DNA of 32,000 nt. Source: Brevibacillus brevis (lineage in GTDB: Bacteria; Bacillota; Bacilli; Brevibacillales; Brevibacillaceae). Of the stretch, positions 18,427 to 26,275 are shown piece after piece. Position 1 is the stretch's first letter; each line of letters opens with the position of its first letter. The notes under the pieces are model-generated. The model was not told where the DNA came from, searched no databases, and saw nothing but the letters and a program-made list of their open reading frames with translations. The position numbers and the translations under genes are program-made. The DNA lies in NCBI RefSeq assembly GCF_031583145.1, contig NZ_CP134050.1:685739-717738 (forward strand), in the 5' to 3' direction.

Positions 18427-18516
18427 TCGACTGACCGCGATGAACACTTCATGTGGCTAAGAGCTGGGTATAGACTTGCTTTGGATCGGGATCGTGATGG
18501 AGTAGCGTGTGAATAA
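18427..18516 (+). pseudogene. remnant of an Excalibur (calcium-binding, 'DRDxDGxACE') domain gene
   Basis: '...AGYRLALDRDRDGVACE*' is the signature C-terminus of Excalibur domains. Only ~29 in-frame codons precede it, and shifted-frame traces ('CEALRRGVTP') lie upstream. Confidence 0.4.
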
Positions 18517-18522
18517 CATTGT

Positions 18523-18552
18523 AACGCCCTTCTCGTTTTGAGTAAGGGCGTT
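18523..18552. terminator. hairpin / probable bidirectional terminator
   Basis: AACGCCCTT-12 nt-AAGGGCGTT, located between the Excalibur remnant and the convergent XRE gene. Confidence 0.55.
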
Positions 18553-18565
18553 GAATTTTAACATT

Positions 18566-18994
18566 TTAGCAAAGTGAAGCTAAAAACGAATCCAGTATTT
18601 CCGTGTGTTTTTCTGAAGGAAGGTACTCATCTTTCTCCCATCCCCAAATCATCCGTGAGCTTACTCCCATTAACTTCCCGAACTCTTTTTTGGTGTATCC
18701 ATGATACAGACGGGCTTTTTTTATCCGTTGCCCAAGTGTCTCTTCCGGGAGATCCTCGAAACAGCCAAGAAACGCAATGGAAACACCGAGCGCTTTAGAT
18801 AATTTTCTGAGATTGGGCGGGGTGACAGTCGTTTTGTTTTGTTCCGCATTCCTTAACGATACCACGCTGATTCCTGTCCTAGCAGATAGGTCAACAAGAA
18901 GCAAGTTTTTGTCTAACCTAGCACGTCTGAGTCTGCCTCCAGGTGTATCATCTTCGGGTAAAGGTGGCGATAACGAAACATTCTTCTTAATCAC
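18566..18994 (-). CDS. XRE-family transcriptional regulator with two HTH_3 domains (5-prime end uncertain, possibly truncated)
   Basis: Two cro/C1-type HTHs: 'LRRARLDKNLLLVDLSARTGISVVSLRNAEQNK' and 'LGQRIKKARLYHGYTKKEFGKLMGVSSRMIWGWEKDE'. The ORF-track start (TTG 19045) lies antisense to the comM remnant. The only nearer candidate is GTG 18994, which has no RBS. Confidence 0.6.
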   Translation of the reverse strand: MIKKNVSLSPPLPEDDTPGGRLRRARLDKNLLLVDLSARTGISVVSLRNAEQNKTTVTPPNLRKLSKALGVSIAFLGCFEDLPEETLGQRIKKARLYHGYTKKEFGKLMGVSSRMIWGWEKDEYLPSEKHTEILDSFLASLC

Positions 18995-19503
18995 AATTTC
19001 AAAGGTGTTATCTGAACCCTTGTCCGTGCGGATTTTACGGCACAAGGGAACAGATCGAATGTTGCTGTTCGCCGCAGCAGGTTCAGCGGTACCGATCTCG
19101 ATTGTCGGGACCGCTATTGGATCGAATCGACATCCACCTGGAGGTGCCCCGCGTACCGGTAGAGGTGCTGGACAGCGGGGGGCGCGAAGAGGCGTCTGCC
19201 GCTATCCTCAGCAGGGTGGAGCAGGCACGTTCCCGGCAAGTCGATCGTATTCCCCATCGAAAAGACTTTCCGTTCAACAGCGGCATGACACCGAGCGATA
19301 TTCGCAAATACGTTGTCCTGGATCAGGAGGGGCAGAAATTGCTCCGCATGGCATTTGAATCCATGGGGTTAAGTGCTCGGGCGTACCACCGGATCGTCAA
19401 GGTGGCGAGGACAATCGCCGATTTGGCAGGCTCTTCAGAGGTACGGGCAGAGCACGTGGCGGAGGCGATTCGCTACCGGGCGATGGAGCGGAAGGTGGTG
19501 TAA
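18991..19503 (+). pseudogene. comM: comM/yifB (Mg-chelatase-like AAA+ competence protein) 3-prime fragment, ~170 codons
   Basis: 'NPCPCGFYG...CCCSPQQVQRYRSRLSGPLLDRIDIHLEVP...LSARAYHRIVKVARTIADLAGSSEVRAEHVAEAIRYR' is the conserved YifB/ComM C-terminal third. An in-frame stop at 18988-18990 and unrelated sequence upstream mean no AAA+ Walker region is present. Confidence 0.85.
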
Positions 19504-19627
19504 CAGATATATAACTAAATAGGGCTTGCTGAACGAATGAAAAATTGAGTAACCACAAGGGTTTTGCCCCGTTTTCATCGAAGTCATGTGCAAGGAAATC
19601 GATGATTTTCCTGCAAATTCCTTGCAC

Positions 19628-20044
19628 ATGGAGCGGATATGGATGTACGAATATATCTCTCATCGTGAAAACCAATTGCTTCTCCCCGATGATTTCTTCT
19701 TGCCGTTTGGCGGCAAGTTGAATAAAGAAAATCGCTGGGTCAAACTGGCTCAGTTGGTGCCGTGGGTATATGCGGAGAAAAAGTATGCCAAATCCTTTCG
19801 CAAATCATTTCGTGGACAAAAGGCCGTTTCTATCCGTGTCGCCCTTGGTGCCCTCATCATTCAGGAACGCTTGCAGTTGTCGGACCGGGAAACGGTCCAG
19901 CAGATTGTCGAAAACCCGTATCTGCAATATTTCATCGGGCTGGAAGGCTATCAGGATCATCCGCCGTTCCACCCGTCGCTCATGACGCATTTTCGCAAAC
20001 GTCTGGGCGAGCAAGTTCTCCGCGAAATCAACGAGATCATCGCG
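19628..20044 (+). pseudogene. IS5/IS1182-type transposase N-terminal (DUF772) fragment, cut by IS256
   Basis: 'NRWVKLAQLVPW...GQKAVSIRVALGALIIQERLQLSDRETVQQIVENPYLQYFIGL' is the InsH-N/DUF772 pattern. The reading frame ends at the IS256 left end, and no DDE domain follows. Confidence 0.7.
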
Positions 20045-21602
20045 GTTGAGTCCGTATAATTGTGTAAAAACAGAATCTCTCTGAAAAATAAGGGAGCCAT
20101 TTCAGTTCCCTCCGGATAGAATGTGGTTGACTAGATAACATTCGAAAGAGAGGGAATTTGAAATGGCTCAATACCAGATTACCGTAGATTCGCAACTTTT
20201 GCATCAGCTTTTTCTCGGCAATTCACAGGATTCGGGAGTGTCCAAGTTGTTGGAATCCGTATTGAACCAAGTCTTGCAGGCACAGGCGACCGAACAGTTG
20301 GGGGCGGAACCCTACGAACGGACAGATGAGCGTCAAGCATATCGAAATGGTACATACCCACATCAATTGACTACACGTGTCGGTACGATCACGCTTCGTG
20401 TCCCTCGCATTCGCGGCGGGAAGTTCTCCACCGAGTTGTTCGCCCGTTATCAACTCAGCGAACAGGCACTGGTGCTGGCTCTCATGGAGATGGTCGTCCA
20501 TGGTGTGTCTACCCGCAAGGTGGCCCAGATCACAGAAGAATTGTGCGGTACGGAGTTTTCCAAATCGACCGTGTCCGATCTTTGCAAACGGTTAGATCCC
20601 ATGGTGACCGCCTGGAATAACCGTCCGCTGCACGCTTCTTCGTTCCCCTTTGTCATCGTCGATGCCCTGTACCTGAAAGTACGCGAAGAAGGACGAGTGC
20701 GGTCACGCGGCACTCTCATCGGGATCGGTGTCAATGCCGACGGATACCGGGAGGTATTGGGCGTTATGCTCGGCGACAGCGAGTCGGAGGCCAGCTGGAG
20801 CGAATTTTTTGGCTGGCTGAAAAGCCGTGGGCTTAAAAAGGCGTCGATCTGATTGTGTCGGATGACCATGGAGGGTTGGTTCGAGCCATCCGCAGGAACT
20901 TCCAAGGGGTGACCTGGCAGCGATGCCAGACGCACTTCATGCGCAACATTCTTGACGCCACACCCAAATCCTTGCAGGACGAGATTCATAGCCGGATTCG
21001 CCCCATTCTGGAGGCACCGGATGCAAAGACGGCACGGATGCTGTTAGAGAAGGTACTGGAGGAGTATGAAACGAAAGCGCCGAAGGCCATGGCTGTCCTG
21101 GAAGCAGGCTTCGAAGATGTCACAGCCGTCTTGGCATTACCGGAAAAGTACCGCAAGCGTCTTCGCACCACCAATCCGATGGAGCGGTTGAATGAGGAAA
21201 TCCGCCGCCGTGAACGCGTGATTCGGATTTTTCCGAATCGAGAGTCTGCCATCCGCTTGATAGGGGCATTGCTCATGGAGATCGACGAGAAGTGGGCAAG
21301 TGGGAAGAAGTATCTGGATACGTCCGACTATCTTGCATGGCGCGAATCGCAAGCAGGATCTCCCGGTTCGAAAGTTACACGCATCGGTTGACCGACGTAG
21401 CCTGTCAAGGCCGCGAAGCGTTCCATTTAGCCTTGACAGGCTGAATGAAACACACTTTTGAAAAACCCAGCAAGAGATTGCTGGGGCTGCCATACGGCGA
21501 GTGACGGGGTGCAGGGGGCGAACTCCCTGCGTCTTCTCCTTCGGGGGACGGAAGGGGGCGTTCTAACCGAGGGAGAATTTACACACAAATATGGACTTGA
21601 TC
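20045..21602 (+). mobile_element. IS256-family insertion sequence (copy 2, full length; right end approximate)
   Basis: The left end is 'GTTGAGTCCGTATAATTGTGTAAA'. The imperfect inverted counterpart '...TTTACACACAAATATGGACTTGATC' ends at ~21602. The flanks (..catcgcg / aagggatg..) are not a direct repeat. Confidence 0.8.
20163..21391 (+). pseudogene. IS256-family (mutator-type) transposase with a 1-nt frameshift near 20836
   Basis: Two ORFs (20163-20852 and 20855-21391) join as '...WLKSRGLK|GVDLIVSDDHGGLVRAI...' if one base is added in the A-run 'ttaaaaagg'. The DDE region 'IVDALYLKVRE', 'SDDHGGL' and 'TTNPMERLNEEIRRR' is present. Confidence 0.85.
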
Positions 21603-22286
21603 AAGGGATGCTAACCAAATCGCGAGTCGCATCAAGCACGCCAAATTCCCTTACATGAAAACGCTCGATCAATTTGAATTCTCGGCGATTCCGTCCCTCA
21701 ATAAGCCCAAATTGCTTCAACTGGCTCGTTGTGAGTACATCGAAAAGGCAGAGAACATCATGTTTATCGGAAACTCTGGCACTGGCAAAACTCATCTCTC
21801 CATTGCACTCGGGAAGGAAGCTTGCCATCATGGCTATTCCGTCCAGTTTTGGACTGCCGCTAAAATATGCAATGAGCTTATGGAAGCTCAGTCCCAAAAG
21901 CGAATTCTCCAGCTAGAGAGGCAATGGTTGAAAACAGATTTGATTATTTTGGATGAAGTCGGGTTTGTCCCTCTCAGTCGGACCGGGGCGGAGTTATTAT
22001 TCCAATTTTGTGCGGCCCGCTATGAGAAAGGAAGCATGATCATTACCAGTAATCTGGAATTTACGGAATGGACACAGATTTTCAAAGATGAGCAAATGAC
22101 GTCAGCCCTGGTTGATCGGCTTACCCATCGTGCCCACATCTTTGCAATGAATGGGGACAGTTATCGCTTTAAACAGAGCATTCAAAGATCGTGATCATGA
22201 AAAAGTTACCCACCCGACGGGTGGATTGATTTTTGCCATGGTGGTCAATTTTTTGATGAGCACTGTGGTCAACATTTTGGTTGACA
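21603..22286 (+). mobile_element. IS21-family element 3-prime fragment (5-prime-truncated istB 21603-22194 plus terminal repeats)
   Basis: 'KHAKFPYMKTLDQFEFSAIPSLNKPKLLQLARCEYI..GNSGTGKTHLSIALG..LIILDEVGF..MIITSNLEFTEWTQIF..LVDRLTHRAHIF' is an IstB lacking ~45 N-terminal codons. After the stop come reiterated 'TGGTCAA' motifs, ending in ...GGTTGACA at 22286. No istA is present. Confidence 0.8.
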
Positions 22287-22840
22287 TTCACACCGTTGCA
22301 AAGGATCGGCTGACATTGATTCGCCCGGCTCTCGAGGCGTTACGATCCGGCAAGAAAAAACAAATTCAGAATTTCGCCGACATTTATTCCAGTGTGTCCA
22401 TTGACGATTATTTGGATCGGATTGAAGCTGAACAGCGGCAAGCGGAACGATTGGAATTGATTCGGAATGAACTTGGTTACGACGTTGTGGAACAAACCGT
22501 GAATGAAGTCTGCGCATGGCTTGTTGAGGCGGGGATTGATCAACTGTCAGCGAAGCAATCGGCCGAGAAGGTTGTAAAGGCGTTTTTGAACGAACTTGAT
22601 AGTGTAGACCTACATAAGGAGGCCTTAAAGCTGGCTTTACAAACTCCGACTGTGCCATCAAGTTCTTCGCCTAAGCAACGCGGAAGAAGCAGTTCAAGAG
22701 TGATTCCGACCGAGCCTGACGATTTGAGAGTAATCGTATCACAAGGGAAAAAGAAGAAGTTGTCAGCTTACGAGGCGCTGAAGGCAGCCGGATATATTAA
22801 AAATCCTTTGGAGTTCCTTAATGAGGCATTGAACCCATGA
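22287..22840 (+). pseudogene. tnsC: probable tnsC 3-prime fragment (Tn7-like AAA+ regulator, C-terminal ~180 codons)
   Basis: The frame is continuous from the IS21 end, and its stop overlaps the tnsD ATG (ATGA). Its position immediately upstream of tnsD-tnsE matches tnsABCDE order. 'RLTLIRPALEALRSGKKKQI..FADIY' resembles my recollection of TnsC C-terminal regions. There is no ATPase domain and no start codon of its own. Confidence 0.5.
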
Positions 22841-24606
22841 ATGAACGGTTTCCAATTCCAATTCCGTATCCAGATGAGCTCTTATACGGCGTGATCAGTC
22901 GGTATCACTTAAGGGCTAATAACACAAGTCCAAAATGCACGTTTAAAGAAGTGTATGGCACGAAGAATGTCATCCCGACAATTGACCTGCCAAGTCATAT
23001 CGAGGCATTTTCGCGTAGAAGTATGTGGCATGAAATGACAGCCGATGATTGGATCAAAGACCACACTTTTTATCCGTATTATTCTCCCTTCTTGCCAAAG
23101 GATCGTGCCAATCGTTTAAAGCAACTCATGAAAGGGCCGGATGGTTCGGGGATACATGCACTTGTTGGGATTACCGCCAGTACAGTGGATAGGAGCGGTG
23201 ATTTACGGTTCTGTTCACAATGCTATAAAGAAGATATCCATCAATTTGGGGAACCGTATTGGCACCGCATTCACCAGTTGCCGGGAGTATGGGTTTGTCC
23301 GGTTCATCGGGATGTTCTGCATCGGATGACATACCCGGTTTCAGATCGATATGGGTTGACCGTTCTCCCTATTTCGAAGAAGATGTTCGGCTCAGTACCG
23401 ATTGTCGCCAACTTGTCAGGTAAAACAATCAATCAGCTTTCAGACATCGCAAGAGACATTCAGGCATTAATGCAAACCAACGATTTGCCAGTTCTTTATG
23501 AATCCAGGAACATATTTCTACCACGCTTACGGAAGCAAGGGTATGTAACCGCAGGCGGGCGTATTCGCCAGCAAAAACTTGAGGAACAGTTCGTCATTTG
23601 CTATGGGAGAGAGCTGCTGGAGATGCTGGGCAGCCTTCCATACGGTAAGGACTACACATGGCTGAATCTGGCGACAAGGTCCGCCCGGCGGGCGATTCAT
23701 CCGCTGCGGCAGATGCTGCTGATCCGTTTTTTATACGGGTCATTCAATGGATTTTTAGAACAATCCGAGGTGGATGACGCACCCTTCGGTAAAGGGCCAT
23801 GGCCATGTCTGAACAAAGCAGCGGAACATTATCGAACCTCAATAATAACGGACCTGCGCATTACGCGTTGTACAGATACCGGCCGGCCTGTAGGAACCTT
23901 TACTTGTGAATGCGGCTTCGCCTATTCAAGACGAGGACCGGATCAATCCGAAGAAGATAAATACCGCAGAGGGCGTATCAAATCGTTTGGTCCTGTTTGG
24001 ATGGATAAGCTTCAGGTACATTTGCGAGAGGGCATTTCCTATCGTTCCATGGCAGCGTTATTGGGGGTTGATACGAATACAGTCATGAAGTACGCCAAAG
24101 GTACGGTGACAACACGCAACTTGGAACCTGCATTATTAGAGAGTCCAAGAAAATCTTTCAAACCTGTCCGATCCAAGGGATCTAAACATACACGAGTCGA
24201 CTGGGGGAAACGTGATCTGGAGCTAAGTTGGATTGTCGAGGAAGCATGTAGAAGGATGTTATCCGATCGCAAAAATAAACCTGTCAGAATTACGATTTCA
24301 GCGATAGGCAAACGAATCGGGAAACTGAGTTTGCTAGAAAAGCAAAAACAAAAGCTCCCTGTAACGATGGCAGTCTTGTCCGGCTACCTTGAGTCTACAT
24401 CTCAATTTCAAATTAGAAGAGTTCGATGGGCTGCTGAACAAATGGCTGGCGAATGGCCCATAAAACGGTGGAAACTTGTGAAAAAAGCCGGACTGCGACC
24501 AGGATATGCCCAAGAGGTATCTGATGAAATCGATCGTTGTATTGGACAAGGGGCTGCAATAAACCGAATTGCATCTGCTGAGGTGACACCATTATGGCTG
24601 CATTGA
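22837..24606 (+). CDS. tnsD: TniQ-family target-selection protein (TnsD-like)
   Basis: N-terminal TniQ pattern 'PIPYPDELLYGVISRYHLR', CCCH zinc finger 'CSQCYKEDIHQFGEPYWHRIHQLPGVWVCPVH', and an internal HTH 'ISYRSMAALLGVDTNTVMKY'. At 589 aa, the size fits TnsD. Confidence 0.85.
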   Translation: MNERFPIPIPYPDELLYGVISRYHLRANNTSPKCTFKEVYGTKNVIPTIDLPSHIEAFSRRSMWHEMTADDWIKDHTFYPYYSPFLPKDRANRLKQLMKGPDGSGIHALVGITASTVDRSGDLRFCSQCYKEDIHQFGEPYWHRIHQLPGVWVCPVHRDVLHRMTYPVSDRYGLTVLPISKKMFGSVPIVANLSGKTINQLSDIARDIQALMQTNDLPVLYESRNIFLPRLRKQGYVTAGGRIRQQKLEEQFVICYGRELLEMLGSLPYGKDYTWLNLATRSARRAIHPLRQMLLIRFLYGSFNGFLEQSEVDDAPFGKGPWPCLNKAAEHYRTSIITDLRITRCTDTGRPVGTFTCECGFAYSRRGPDQSEEDKYRRGRIKSFGPVWMDKLQVHLREGISYRSMAALLGVDTNTVMKYAKGTVTTRNLEPALLESPRKSFKPVRSKGSKHTRVDWGKRDLELSWIVEEACRRMLSDRKNKPVRITISAIGKRIGKLSLLEKQKQKLPVTMAVLSGYLESTSQFQIRRVRWAAEQMAGEWPIKRWKLVKKAGLRPGYAQEVSDEIDRCIGQGAAINRIASAEVTPLWLH

Positions 24607-26207
24607 CATTGCGTTCATGGCCGTTTCCGGATAATCAGGGGGTTGAGTTATTTTGGTTCGGGTCCCCTTTCATGGACTACAAAGGGAATTGGAGAGTTCG
24701 AGTCGCATTTCGGACGGAAACCGGGGACTTGAAAGTTGTATCCTACCCATGGGGAACAGTACCTTATTTGCGCATGGGACAAGTCTACACCAACGGAGTA
24801 TTTGATCAAATCAAGCCATTGGAAGGCATTGTACATAGAATAACGATAAGCAGCTTGGATCAAGGTTTGATGAGCAATGGGTTTAAATTGCCCAAGCGTT
24901 TGATTGACTTCCGTCAAAATCCGGAGCTTGGGCTTCAGAAAATTATTCAGTTTCAGTTTGACGGGATGATTTATTGCTTTCCAGTGTTCGAATTCATTCG
25001 AGCCATGTTTATTAACTCCAGGTATTTGGCGTATTATTTAATGCAGCCGCACGGTCTGGAAATGTTGATCGATAACAGCGATATGAGAGGAACAACTCTG
25101 TATTTTGATTTGAGTTTTCGTGTACCGGCCAAATTGGCAAGCGAAAGTAACGCACGTCACCTATCCTGGATTTACATCGATCCCGCTATTCGTACCATGT
25201 GGGATTCCGTTTATCAATTGATGTTTAATCAAGCGATCAAGGACTCGCCTCAGAATCCGAGCGCCAGAATGAAGAAGGGAATTCCGCTTGGCGTTGAGCT
25301 CCCGGCTGTTGGTCCTCTTGAGTTTCACGTTCGAGGAGAACAATTCAATAACTACTTCTTGGTGAAAGAAATTCTCGGCATTGGCGGTTTTAAGCATCCG
25401 GCGGAAGAAATCGTCTTTTGGCACCCATCGAAGAAACGCCGTGAGTCGATTTCAGGAGATAAACAAGTTCGAGTTACGTCCGGATCTGAAAATAAAGACT
25501 ACATATTGAATGATCAAAGCGAAAATGCCAGGGAAAACACGCGGCAAGATGTATTGGAGGCCCCTCCTACGTTTATGCGTTTCTCCAATTATCCGAGAGT
25601 TACTACTCGTCGAGAGGATGTGAGGCATTCCCATACCGGCAACGACGTGATCATCACCTCCGGGAGAGGCGGGAAGAACTCAGGAGGATTAGAGGAAGTA
25701 AGCACACAGGATTCAATGGTCGGCGGTGATACGCCTCCTATCGATTTTCAGACGCTTGAAACTATACCAATTACAGAGGCTATCGGTCTTGAATCTTTTT
25801 TCGAAATGACTCAAATCTTGAAGCATGTCTTTCCCGGTCATATCCGGATGTCTGTGCTCAGGATTCCTCCCGGCAAAAGATTTTCTGTATGTCCAAACGG
25901 TTCCCGACGAACATGTGCGATCGTACAGGCGGATCATGGTATCACGACTAAGTTTATTGTCGAAGTGGCCCGGCCGGATGATTGGTCCATTTCGACATTG
26001 ATCCTCCACCCAACCCCGCAGATTTCACTAAAGACAGTTGAGCGTGATATTAAGTTACTCCTTGAAGGGCTTGTTCAAAAAGGCGGTCACTGGGATCAGA
26101 ACATTTTAAACCAATGCAACGGCTTCAATATCGAAAAGGTTAAACATTATCAGAGTGACTCAGTTAGGGATTGGGCGTATCGGATAAACGGGAAATTATC
26201 CGGCTAG
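24594..26207 (+). CDS. tnsE: TnsE-like transposition protein (alternative target selector of Tn7-like elements)
   Basis: 537 aa, against 538 for E. coli Tn7 TnsE. It overlaps the tnsD end by 13 nt and has a GAGGTGA RBS. By-eye colinearity with Tn7 TnsE as I recall it: 'CFPVFEFIRAMFINSRYL' vs 'HIPQLELARSLFLINSYF'; 'LEFHVRGEQFNNYFLVKEILGIGG' vs 'WKLHVKGRSSNEDKDYLVEEIVGLE'; 'FIVEVARPDDWSISTLIL' vs 'VLLEVDASDGVKMLSTKVL'. Confidence 0.7.
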   Translation: MAALTLRSWPFPDNQGVELFWFGSPFMDYKGNWRVRVAFRTETGDLKVVSYPWGTVPYLRMGQVYTNGVFDQIKPLEGIVHRITISSLDQGLMSNGFKLPKRLIDFRQNPELGLQKIIQFQFDGMIYCFPVFEFIRAMFINSRYLAYYLMQPHGLEMLIDNSDMRGTTLYFDLSFRVPAKLASESNARHLSWIYIDPAIRTMWDSVYQLMFNQAIKDSPQNPSARMKKGIPLGVELPAVGPLEFHVRGEQFNNYFLVKEILGIGGFKHPAEEIVFWHPSKKRRESISGDKQVRVTSGSENKDYILNDQSENARENTRQDVLEAPPTFMRFSNYPRVTTRREDVRHSHTGNDVIITSGRGGKNSGGLEEVSTQDSMVGGDTPPIDFQTLETIPITEAIGLESFFEMTQILKHVFPGHIRMSVLRIPPGKRFSVCPNGSRRTCAIVQADHGITTKFIVEVARPDDWSISTLILHPTPQISLKTVERDIKLLLEGLVQKGGHWDQNILNQCNGFNIEKVKHYQSDSVRDWAYRINGKLSG

Positions 26208-26234
26208 ACAATAGATGTTTGATTTATTTTGGTA

Positions 26235-26264
26235 TTGAAATACTTGATTCTTGGATGGTATAAT
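26235..26264 (+). promoter_or_regulatory. sigma-A-type promoter candidate for the R-M operon
   Basis: TTGAAA (26235-26240), an 18-nt spacer, then TGgTATAAT (extended -10, 26259-26264). It lies in the AT-rich gap between tnsE and the next ORF. Confidence 0.55.
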
Positions 26265-26275
26265 TTAGTTGGCTA

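Noticed and set aside
18994-19080. An alternative plus-strand frame reading 'KVLSEPLSVRI...RMLLFAAA', which vaguely resembles upstream ComM segments
   Set aside because: It overlaps the same nucleotides as the far stronger in-frame 'NPCPCGFYG...SGPLLDRIDIHLEVP' match, so the two cannot both be real. I treat it as coincidence.
19504-19585. Searched for a Tn7-type right end (TGT terminus plus repeated TnsB-binding sites) just after the comM stop
   Set aside because: The interval is only ~80 bp and shows no reiterated ~20-bp motif, so no element end can be supported here.
20830-20860. The IS256 transposase frameshift as a programmed ribosomal frameshift
   Set aside because: IS256-family transposases are normally single ORFs. 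The shift sits in a short A-run with no slippery heptamer or downstream structure typical of IS1/IS3-type programmed frameshifting. A mutation or a sequencing error is more likely.
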